From positions 6,014,001 through 6,078,000 of the forward strand of contig OX597831.1 of assembly GCA_951406725.2 (NCBI GenBank): a stretch of DNA of 64,000 nucleotides. Reading direction: 5' to 3'. Position 1 is the stretch's first letter; every line of letters begins with the position of its first letter. The position numbers and the translations under genes were made by a program. The DNA comes from Octopus vulgaris (Eukaryota). Positions 53,367-64,000 of the stretch are shown here, one piece after another. Below the pieces are notes generated by a model. The model was not told the origin of the DNA. It saw only the letters and a list, made by a program, of their open reading frames with translations, and did no database searches.

Positions 53367-54177
53367 GGTGTTTTGGCTGATCTTTTGAGCAAGATGACCG
53401 ACCTGCCCCCCTGCCACCACCACAACCACCACCACCACCACCACTTTTCTCAAAGAAGTCATCCTGCTTCCATCTTTGGTGCAATAACTTCATGACACTT
53501 GTTAATGAAACATCTCAGAGCATTCAGTCTACAAGTGAAATAACACCACTGCCACCCTCACCACCACCTCCCATCTCATTGCTATTGTTGTTGTTGCTGC
53601 TGCTGTTGTTGTTCTTCTTCTCCTCCTCCTTCTCCTTCTTCACTGCTTCTTATTCTTCTTCTCCTCCTCCTCCTTCTTCACTACTTCTTCTTCTTCTCCC
53701 TCTCCCTCTTCACTGTTTCTTCTTCTTCTTCTTCTTCTCCTCCTCCCTCTCCTTCTTCACTGCTTCTTCTTCTTCTTCTCCTCCACCCCCTCCTCCTTCT
53801 TCTTTCTTCCTCCTCCTCCTCTTCCCCCCTCTTCCTCTTAACTAACATCTTGCAAGATCCACTAAAAGTGGATGTTCTTAGTATAAACTATGATAAAGCT
53901 GCTCACTTCACAAAACCCATTTAATGACATATTGTTCTTACTCAATCTCCCTCCTTTACAAACACGTACACACACGCATGCACGCGCGAATACACACACA
54001 CACACACACTAATGCAGAGAGAAAGATTTGCACTCAGGCACTTCCCTTCCTTGACCTATCCAGACATATTCTTTCCTCCGTGTCATTTCCTTTGCTGAGT
54101 CTCCGAGATATGTCAACGACTGCAGTTTTGTCTAAAATATCTAAAATTAACCATCAATAGAAATGTGTGTGTGTGTG

Positions 54178-55352
54178 TTATCAAAAAGCTCCCGGACTAA
54201 TTATGTTAAAAAAAAAACTTATTTACTTAAGTTTTCGCATCATCATCATCATCATCATCATCGTTTAACGTCCGCTTTCCATGCTAGCATGGGTTGGACA
54301 ATTTGACTGAGGACTGGCGAACAAAATGGTTGCACCAGGCTCCAATCTTGATCTGGCAGAGTTTCTATAGCTGGATGCCCTTCCTAACGCCAACCACTCC
54401 GAGAGTGTAGTGGGTGCTTTTACGTGCTACCGGCATGAGGGCTAGTCTGGCGGTACTGGTAACGGCCACGCTCAAATGGTGTTTTTTTATGTGCCACCTG
54501 CACAGGAGCCAGTCCAGCAGAACTCTCCTTCAAAATGGTCACCTTGTGTAGCAAAACACTTATCCCAGTGTTCTTACCACTTTTGGAATCCAGCCTGGAA
54601 ATAATTTTCCATGGGTCGAGGACCTTCCACGATTTGCTCTTGATCTCAACAGCAGTGTTAAAACGGTGACCTTTGAGCTGCATTTTCATCTCGGAGAAGA
54701 GACAGAATCTCACAGGTGCTAAATTTGGTAAATAGGGTGGACACAGAAGCGATACCATGTTGCTTTTGGGGAGAAACTTGCGAGTGAGGAGACCTCAGTG
54801 ACAGGGTGCATTATCGTTGTGAAGGACCCAATTCTTCACGCTCCATAGATCCAGTTAAATACTTCAAAAGATTGCATTAGAACTTTCAATTGACAGTCTG
54901 TCCCCGAGGAACAAATTCGTGATACACAATACTACAGATGTAAAAAAATAACAAAAACAAATGATGAACATGCTCTTGATTGAGATGTGACCCTGTTGTC
55001 TGCTTTTGAAGTGCCTGTGCCACTTGAAACATTGTGTACAGCCATTGCCTCTTTGCTGTAAGCTTACTGAAGCATCATACTCAATGTTTCTATAGCAGAC
55101 TTCCCAAGTTTAACACAAAATTTCAAGTTGGCTTTTTGTTCTAACTTCCTGTCTATGACAAAAATCGCAGACAACAACACACACACGTGATCACAAAAAC
55201 AAAATTTCATAACTCGCAAAGTAAACACAGCGATGTCACTTGGTACACAGTCTCATGAAGGTCACTGCTAGCTCTAACTGTACACGCAACTGTGTGCTGC
55301 CCTCTGTTGGCATGCTACAGAACTAGACCAGGGGCTCTTTGATACTGGCCTC
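54178..55352 (-). mobile_element. Internally deleted mariner remnant interrupted by SINE D
   Basis: PPYLPNLAPVRFCLFSEMKMQLKGHRF; TIR-like ends ATCAAAAAGCTCCCGGACTA and TAGACCAGGGGCTCTTTGAT. Confidence 0.75.
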
Positions 55353-55619
55353 ATACATGCTTACATACATATATATAACATGTGTACACACAGCATATAT
55401 TTATAATTGTGTGTGAATGTGTCTGTGTGTGTGTGTATACACACACATGCACACACATGTATATATATAAAGCAACTGACAAATTGGATAGCTCCAGGAG
55501 AGGGTGGTATTCCTGGAGAAATTTGAAAGTGTGGTGGAAATATTTTGGTTGATAATTTGACAGTGCTTATGGCCCAAATATAACAAATAAGAACTGTCCC
55601 ACAACAATTTAAGATGCAT

Positions 55620-57905
55620 TGATTGTACATAAGTGTGAATATGATAATTATTGTGGCATATTGCTGCTCTTTATTGCAGGAAAAATCTTCTCTAGAATCA
55701 TCTTAACCAGAATATACATTGACTTAGTCAGTTCTGTCTATCTTGAGAATCAGTGTAGGTTTAAGTCAGTGGATATGATATTCAGCTTGCGACAAGTTCA
55801 GGGGAAGGCCCAGGATCACAATACAGATCTTTATGTGGTATTTGTTGACCTTACAAAAGACTTTCACTCTATGTAGGCAAGCTTTGTGGAAAGTATTATC
55901 AAAACTTGGGATTCCTGAAAAAATGCTAAATGTCAAAGTATCCCTTCTATAAAGTGTCATAGTGTCCCTACTTCATAAAGATATGAAGATATCTGTTCTC
56001 TCAAATAACAGTCAGTGCCAACCTTTCGATGTTAAAAATGGTACCAAACAAGGTTGTGTTTTGGCACCAGTTTAATATGACAAATATGACATATTTCAAT
56101 TAAATAACTACCAGTTACGCACTGGGGTCGATGTAATCAACTTAAACTCTTTGTTTGTCCCCTCTGTGTTTAACCTTCTGTGAGCAATAAAAAAATATAT
56201 ACATGAACATGTGCTATAGAAACATTGAGTATGATGCTTCAGTAAGCTTACAGCAAAGAGGCAATGGCTGTACACAATGTTTCAAGTGGCACAGGCACTT
56301 CAAATGTAGACAACAGGGTCACATCTCAATCAAGAGCATGTTCATCATTTGTTTTTGTTATTTTTTTACATCTGTAGTATTGTGTATCACAAGCAACATT
56401 TTGCTTGCAGTAATCCTGGATTGTACCTTTTCTGATGTGGAAGGGGTGTTTCTTGAATAAAATACAATGGGTGGCCTCTTCAACCAACAGCGCTTCAAAG
56501 CAAGGACTAAAACTGCACCTCAGACTATAAGAGACTTACTGTTTACAGATGATAGTGTCCTAGTTACTCATACACTTGGAGAATATCCAGCATAGTATTG
56601 ATAGATTTACAGCAGCAGTCAGATCTTTTGGCTTAAATATCAGCATAAACAAAAAGACTGAACTGTTGTGTCAGCTACATCCTGGTAACAATCTTGAAAT
56701 GTTGCCCAGAATGTTTGTTGAAGGCAAAGCTCTGAAACCAGTTGATGCTTTCACATATTTGGGTTCTACAGTAACAAGCAATGCAAAATTCAATAGGGAG
56801 GTCCAAACTTGTACTGGAAAGGCCAGTACAGCTTTTGGGAAGCTTTATAATTTAATTTGGAATTCCCATGATGTATCTGGAAGCACTCCGTCGGTTGCAA
56901 CGACGAGGGTTCCAGTTGATCTGATCAATGGAACAGCCTGCTCGTGAAATTAATGTGTAAGTGGCTGAGCACTCCACAGACACGTGTACAGCGTGACACA
57001 GAGAGTGACAAGGCCGGCCCTTTGAAATACAAGTACAACAGAAACAGGAAGTAAGAGTGAGAGAAAGTTGTGGTGAAAGAGTACAGCAGGGATCACCACC
57101 ATCCCTGCCGGAGCCTCGTGGAGCTTTTAGGTGTTTTCGCTCAATAAACACTCACAACGCCCGGTCTGGGAATCGAAACCGCGATCCTACGACCGCGAGT
57201 CCGCTGCCCTAACCACTGGGCCATTGCGCCTCCACTCCCATGATGTATCAGTAAGAATAAGAATAGATGTCCAGTTGTCAGTTGTTTTAATAACTCTTTT
57301 ATATGAAGCAAATGCCTGGACATCTTATTGTTAGCATATCAGTCAACTAAACAGCTTTCATAGGAGATGTCTCAGGTAAATATGCAAGGGAAGACAGAGT
57401 AAACAATAGCACTATCCTGGAAATGTGTGGAACAACTGGTACAGAAGCTTTCTTAATCAAGTCTCGGATGGTAGAGTGTGGATGCATCCTTTGCATGAAT
57501 AATGGTCGAATATCAAAACAAATCTCTTTATGGTCAGCTAGTAAATGCTATGTAGATGCTATGTAGACCAGCCACTTCTATGGTATGTGGACAAATTCAA
57601 AGATTATCTGAAATGCCTGAATATTAGGAAAGAAAACTGAGAATCTAGGGAGAAACTGCACAGACAGGAAGAGAGAGGGCATGCTCTTTCCAGCTTCAAA
57701 ATATCGAAACTCAAAGGGAGCAACATCAAGACTGGTTATAGCAAAGTAAGAAAATAAACTGACAGAACAACAGCCTTCCCACGAACGAGCATTGTCCACA
57801 TTGTTATTTCTCAATTAGATCATGTGCTGGTTTGATATGTCATGTTGTTCTTATGCATATTGCTTTTGGTGGTCTGAGGAATCACATGAGGAGTCACCCG
57901 GTGAG
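55620..57905 (+). mobile_element. RTE-clade LINE remnant (RT domain to C-terminus)
   Basis: DNYCGILLLFIAGKIFSRII, DMIFSLRQVQ, YVVFVDLTKDF, GTKQGCVLAP, LLFTDD, FTYLGS, AFGKL, LLYEANAWT and GLRNHMRSH; many stops and frameshifts, two insertions. Confidence 0.88.
56878..57235 (-). mobile_element. SINE family C head with tail type ii, young-looking full-length copy
   Basis: GGAGGCGCAATGGCCCAGTGG...GACTCGCGGTC...GTTTCGATTCCC; perfect 14-bp TSD TCCCATGATGTATC (56864-56877, 57236-57249). Confidence 0.92.
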
Positions 57906-58074
57906 TGAATGACTTGTATAAATTGGTGAATAGTTGTGATGGCAATGCGAACGTTGGTGATTATCTATTTGGTTTGATTGTTTTTTTGTCTTCTCACTGA
58001 ACATCATATTCGATGGGAGAGTCCATCATTTATATATACATACATACATACATACATACATACAGACATATATG

Positions 58075-58180
<106 letters not shown>

Positions 58181-58493
58181 CATATACATATATATACATA
58201 TACATACACACACACACATATATATACATACATACATATATATATCCTTGTTGCTTATTTTGATTATAATCACCCCCATTTTGAATTATATGGATAATAC
58301 CATACCAAATTCTGGTGCCTTTAACTAAGTACCATATTCAACTGAATCTAAATTTTTACTGAACTTATATTTATATGTATATATATATATATACACACAC
58401 ACACACATATGTGTGTGTATGCATATATATTTCTATATGTATACATATGTGTGTGTGTGTGTGTGCATAACACACACACATGTTTATGTATAT

Positions 58494-58714
58494 ATTTTTT
58501 TATTGCTCACAGGAGGTTAAACACAGAGGGGACAAACAAAGAGTTTAAGTTGATTAGATCGACCCCAGTGCTTAACTTGTAGTTATTTAATTGACTCCGA
58601 AAGGATGAAAGGCGTAGTCGACCTCGGCGGAATTTGAACTCAGAACGTAATGGCAGACGAAATACCGCTGAGCATTTTGCCCGACGTGCTAATGATTCTG
58701 CCAGCTCACCGCCT
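58494..58714 (-). mobile_element. SINE family A
   Basis: Near full length with a private deletion; source of the copy at 56096-56213. Confidence 0.88.
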
Positions 58715-59129
58715 TTATGTCATCATCAACATCATCATCATCATCATTTAACATCCGCTTTCCATGCTAGCATGGGTTGGATGATTTGACCGAGGACTGG
58801 CGAACCAGATGGCAGCACCAGGTTCCAATCTGATCTGGCCGAGTTTCTACAGCTGGATGCCCTTCCTAACATCAACCACTCCAGGTGTGTTGTGGGTGCT
58901 TTTACATGCCACCGGCACAAGGGCCAGTCAGGCAGTGCTGGCAACAGCCATGCTCAAGTGGTGTTTTTTACATGCCACCTGCACAGGAGCCAGTGCAATG
59001 GCACTGGCAACCACCTCAGTCATGCCACTGGTATATGTATTTATATATACACAGACATGACAGAAGTAAATAAACACACTATAAAACATTGTTTTAAGTT
59101 TATAACTTGGTTTATCTTTTTTATTAATG

Positions 59130-59300
59130 GACATCCTTATGTTTCAGGTTCTATATGTGACTGTTTAATCATGACATGTACAAAAGAAGCCTTGGAACTG
59201 TCCAAATTTCAAAGAGGCCGTATTGTGGGTCATTCTGAAGGTGGACTTAGTGAAAAATTGCAGAAAACTATGGGATGCTGCTTTCAACAGTTAATAGGGT
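59130..59300 (+). mobile_element. Tc1-like transposase 5' fragment
   Basis: ELSKFQRGRIVGHSEGGLS, typical of the Tc1 N-terminus. Confidence 0.6.
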
Positions 59301-59329
59301 GATTGTGCATGTATATATATACATGTATA

Positions 59330-59373
<44 letters not shown>

Positions 59374-59447
59374 CATACATGTATACATATATGTGTATAT
59401 ATATGTGTGTATATGTATACATATGTATATGTATTTATCTATATCTA

Positions 59448-59478
<31 letters not shown>

Positions 59479-59481
<3 letters not shown>

Positions 59482-59645
59482 CTTTTCAATATTCTCCCAA
59501 AGTGCCTGAGGAACCTGCACACAGTAGATGTAGGCGTTTTTAAATCAAAGCTAGACTTCTTCCTGTTGCGAATCCTAGATGAACCTACATTACGGCAAGA
59601 GATGCAAATGAGGGTAGCTATATCAAACTCCATTCTTCACCAAGC
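59479..59645 (+). mobile_element. LINE ORF2 C-terminal fragment (CR1/Jockey group)
   Basis: [37 protein letters not shown]. Confidence 0.6.
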
Positions 59646-59934
59646 ACATCATCATTGTCTTAAAGTCTATTTTGCCATGCTTTGCATGGCTCAGACGACA
59701 CTTCAATTAGACAGTGTATTGTACGGCCTGATGCCATTCCAGTCACCAGCCATCCCCTGTTTCCAAGCAAGCTATTTTCCGCTATTTATGGAGCATCAAA
59801 ACAGCCCCAATATACTTTTGCAGAAAGCCGCAAACAAACACCACCACCATTTATATGAACAGTGGTGTCTTGTTTACAGTCAGTACATACCTATCAAAAC
59901 AAGGAGAACACAAACACACACACACACACACATA

Positions 59935-60030
<96 letters not shown>

Positions 60031-60239
60031 TAACATTTAGTAGAAGCAACAGAATGAATCAAGGCCCAAGAGCATCGTGCGTTAGTACTTATCAAAGTTC
60101 AAAGTTCTATATCTCTTCTTCACATCACCAAACCTGTACACATACATACATACATACATATATACACACACACACACACACATACATACATACATACATA
60201 CATACACACACACAAACATACATACATACACATACACAT

Positions 60240-60279
<40 letters not shown>

Positions 60280-60298
60280 ACATACATACATACATACA

Positions 60299-60334
<36 letters not shown>

Positions 60335-60734
60335 GCCACCCACGTATCATTGCTTGAGATAAAACCTCTTGTAGACTTACCATATTTAGAGACAAATATG
60401 GGTTTGTGTCTTTGTGTCTATGTTTGTCACCCACCATCACTTGACAACCGATATCCCCATAACTTAGCTGTTTGGCAAAAGAGACCAATAGAATAAATAC
60501 TAGGCTTACAAAGAATAAGTCCTGGAGTTGATTTAAGGTGGTGCTCCAGCATGGCTGCAATGAAATGACCGAAACAAGTAAAAGAACAAAAGGACAAGAT
60601 GTATAAATGAATAACAAACAACAAATCAGATTTTAAGTAGTAGTAATAATAATAATAATAATGATGATGACGATGACAATGACGACGACGACGACGACAA
60701 TGATGACGACGACGACGATGATAATAATGATAAT

Positions 60735-61100
60735 AAGAGCACTCAGAAAGTGCAAACCTCCACCAAGGCAACACCAACATCCTCTCAACAATTAGCCAGA
60801 GATGATTTTTTAAAATGAGAATATCTGAAATAAACTCAACTGCTCTCACAAATGAGAATACTAAAGATGAAACCGACCGCTCTCAAAAATTATGTAAAAA
60901 AAAGCAGAAAAATAATCCAGAATCCTTGTCCAGTACCAGATCAATCCCAAAATCTCATCAATTCATGTCAGTCACAAAGTCAAACATTCCCGAAAGTTTT
61001 ATCCGAATCCATCCAGCAGTTCATGAGATATCTTGTCCATGGACAAACAAACAAATATGACTGAAAACAATACTTTCACCTTTGCTAAGGCAGAGATAAT
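60735..61100. mobile_element. Non-autonomous DNA element with subterminal inverted repeats (Helentron/HINE-like)
   Basis: ACCTCCACCAAGG near the left end and CTAAGGCAGAGATAAT at the right; partial second copy at ~8380-8510. Family call inferred. Confidence 0.45.
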
Positions 61101-61229
61101 AAAGAAATAATATGAAGTAGATTATCTTCTTTATAATCTTATTGAATGTAGCCACCTTCAGCATGGATAACAGCTTCTATGTGAGTTCTGAATCATTTAC
61201 ATGCCCAATTAAATGGTCCTAGTTCATAT

Positions 61230-62165
61230 CTAATATTACTCTGGCGGCTTTAAATGAATCCTTAGTGTTACAGAGGAGTGGGTTGGCCTCTCTCTCTCTC
61301 ACTCAAAAACGCTTCACAATGGATTGAGATCTGGTGAGTTTGAAGGCAAAATATTAGGGGCCATATGGTTATGACAATTGTCAACCATCTATCCTTGGGT
61401 TGCTTGAGCCTTATGTGATGGTGCAGAGTCCAGCTGAAACATGAAAGGTCTTCAATTGTATACTCTGTCAACTCAGCCCTTGACAACCATTTCCAGGACC
61501 TCAAGGTAGCCAGCAGAATTAACTCTAAGTCCTTGAGGAAAGAAGTGAGGAGGCATCACATGTCTTTCATTACTGACAACTCCAATAACCATGACAGTTA
61601 CAGGAAATTTTGTGTGTATGGCTGTTGGAAATTCAGAAGAGTCTGAACATAACCATCTGTCATTTTTCTGATAATCTTCTGGTCCTGGTCAAATTTTTTC
61701 TCATTTGACAAAAGAAAAAAAAAATTATGTTATGTTCTTTTAGGTTTTAACTTTGTTTAATAACCTTTTAGATTTGATGAGATAATTTTCCCTTATATTT
61801 TTTGTCATGAATTGACCTCTTCTTGTACCAAATGTCTTTATGGACAACATTTCTGATTGTCCCTCCTCACACATGGAGATCTTTTGCAATCCATCTCATG
61901 GATTTTCTGGGATTTTTGTCAATGATCTGATGAGCTTGTTGAATAAATTAAGGAGTTCTGATGGTATCGGGGAATTGGGAATCCTTTTTGCATTTTGATA
62001 TCGGTGATACCTTTCTATCAGTGGTTTTTAACTCTTTGTGAACATTGTAGATGTAAGATCTGGCAACTTTTGAAAACTGAGCTCTCTTAATCAACGTGCC
62101 CAGCCTTTAAGGCCACAAATACAGCATACCTTTTCATTTCTAGAGTAAGCTGAGTGTCTACCATT
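61230..62165 (-). mobile_element. Tc1/maT-type transposase remnant
   Basis: HTKFPVTVMVIGVVSNERHVMPPHFFPQGLRVN, FQLDSAPSHKA and SNSPDLNPL in mixed frames. Confidence 0.8.
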
Positions 62166-62197
62166 ATTATTTTGTAAAACATAATAAATGATATAAG

Positions 62198-62360
62198 AGT
62201 GGATGTGTGGTAAGTAGCTTGCTAACCAACCACATGGTTCCGGGTTCAGTCCCACTGCGTGGCATCTTGGGCAAGTGTCTTCTGCTATAGCCTCGGGCCG
62301 ACCAATGCCTTGTGAGTGGATTTGGTAGACGGAAACTGAAAGAAGCCTGTCGTATATATG

Positions 62361-62393
<33 letters not shown>

Positions 62394-62610
62394 TTGTGTG
62401 TCTGTGTTTGTCCCCTAGCATTGCTTGACAACCGATGGTGGTGTGTTTACGTCCCCATCACTTAGCGGTTCAGCAAAAGAGACCGATAGAATAAGTACTG
62501 GGCTTACAAAGAATAATTCCCGGGGTCGATTTGCTCAACTAAAGGTGGTGCTCCAGCATGGCCGCAGTCAAATGACTGAAACAAGAAAAAGAGTAAAAGA
62601 GAGAGTAAAG
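62198..62610 (+). mobile_element. SINE family B, full length
   Basis: B consensus. Confidence 0.9.
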
Positions 62611-62694
62611 AGAGTTAATTTAAAAACTGTAATAATTCATAAATGTCATATTCTCAAATAGCCTACACGCCCTGTATGTATGTATGTATGTATG

Positions 62695-62726
<32 letters not shown>

Positions 62727-62929
62727 TGTATGTATATTTGTATGTATGTGTATATGTGTGTGCATGTGTATATTTGTATGTGTGCATGTGTGTGTGTGTG
62801 TGTTCTCTTTCATATTCAATTATTTATAATCTTCTGGTAAGGATGCTAGCTTCTAACAAAGATACAATATTCCATCACTGTAATAATGCAAATAACAAAA
62901 ACAGTGTCATATTTTGAATTTGGGAAATT

Positions 62930-63360
62930 CTTGCAATATTTCACTGTTCCGCTTACAGTTTGTGTTTGAAACGTGAGTATCAGCTGGTTGGTTTTCTCTT
63001 CTTAAAACCCTAGCTTCTCCAGATTGTCGCTAAGGCGTTTCCTCACAAAATCGAGTGCAGCAAATATTATTGGTATAAATGTGAATTTATATGGCTATAA
63101 TAGAAGCCGAAAGTTTTGAAGCAGTCGTCTTTTGTTATTCTCTTTCACATTGATTTTTAAAGAGACATTCCCATCGGCAACAAAGCTAACCTGTATGGCA
63201 ATACACGCCTTTTCTTCTGTCCCAAGCAACTAAATCCAGCCTGTTATCTTTAGACTGTGTACAAGTTTTGGTGGGAACATTCCACCAATATATCGTGTGT
63301 TGATGTTTAAGTATGAATTCAGTAACAGCAAGACTTTCTATATTTGTCTCACAAATGTCA
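62930..63360 (-). mobile_element. RLE-class (R4/Dong-like) LINE endonuclease-domain remnant
   Basis: YWWNVPTKT..NRLDLVAWD..KENNK..YKFTFIPIIFAALDFV, resembling the RPD..E..K restriction-like endonuclease region. Confidence 0.6.
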
Positions 63361-63662
63361 TATTTTCAGATATGTATGTACATACGTGTGTACATATGTA
63401 TGAGTGTGTATTTGTGTGTGTGTTATTTTATTTCTCTTTTTAATTTTGGAGTAAATTTTGCCAGGCCCCCTACTTGGTGGTAAGGTTGTATAGGAAAGCC
63501 TCTTGTTTTGTTCATCAGCCCTTCAAAATCATATCCACTTACAAGGCTTTGGTCGGCTCCAGGCTATAGTAGAAGATGCTTGCTCAAGGTGCCATACCAC
63601 GGGACTGAACCCAGAACCATGTGGTTGGTAAGCAAGCTACTTACCACACAGCTACTCCTGCA

Positions 63663-63699
<37 letters not shown>

Positions 63700-64000
63700 C
63701 ATGTAAAAAGCACCATCCGATCGTGGCCGTTTGCCAGCCTCGTCTGGCACATAAAAAGCACCCACTACACTCTCGGAGTGGTTGGCATTAGGAAGGGCAT
63801 CCAGCTGTAGAAACACTGCCAGATCAGACTGGGCCTGGTGCAGCCTTCTGGCTTCCCAGACCCCAGTTGAACCATCCAACCCATGCTAGCATGAGAAGCG
63901 GACGCTAAACGATGATGATGTATATATATATACACACGCATACATATATATACACACAAATACATCATCATCATCATCATCATCATTTAGCGTCCTAACG

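Noticed and set aside
57165-57235. tRNA-Arg-like sequence (TCG in the loop position) as a tRNA gene
   Set aside because: It is the head of a TSD-flanked SINE C and lacks a complete acceptor stem; the same applies to the A, B, E and H1 heads.

Overview
AT-rich, microsatellite-dense eukaryotic DNA. The SINE repertoire and the C2H2 finger style suggest an octopus or other cephalopod genome (inference). No intact protein-coding gene is supported. The only host-gene sequence is a disrupted tandem C2H2 zinc-finger pseudogene (~1.1-3.5 kb) broken by a long-TIR MITE, a nested SINE, a CR1-like LINE end, a stop and frameshifts. The rest is several SINE families (labelled A-E here), decayed Tc1/mariner transposases, RTE, CR1 and R4/Dong-like LINE fragments, non-autonomous Helitrons, MITEs and (TA)n/(CA)n/(CATA)n/(GAT)n repeats, which create most of the ORF track artefactually. 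The most notable signal is at least five families (H1-H5) of short non-coding elements carrying minimal type I hammerhead ribozyme (HHR) folds. They have Penelope-like inverted architecture, and most sit in or beside (TA)n. Several carry non-canonical catalytic cores: A6U in all six readable H2 copies while position 7 takes all four bases, and U4C in others. One family fuses a tRNA-like Pol III head to the ribozyme. A two-source templated insertion scar and modular SINE head/tail swapping are also visible. All coordinates and folds were read by eye, and ribozyme activity is untested.
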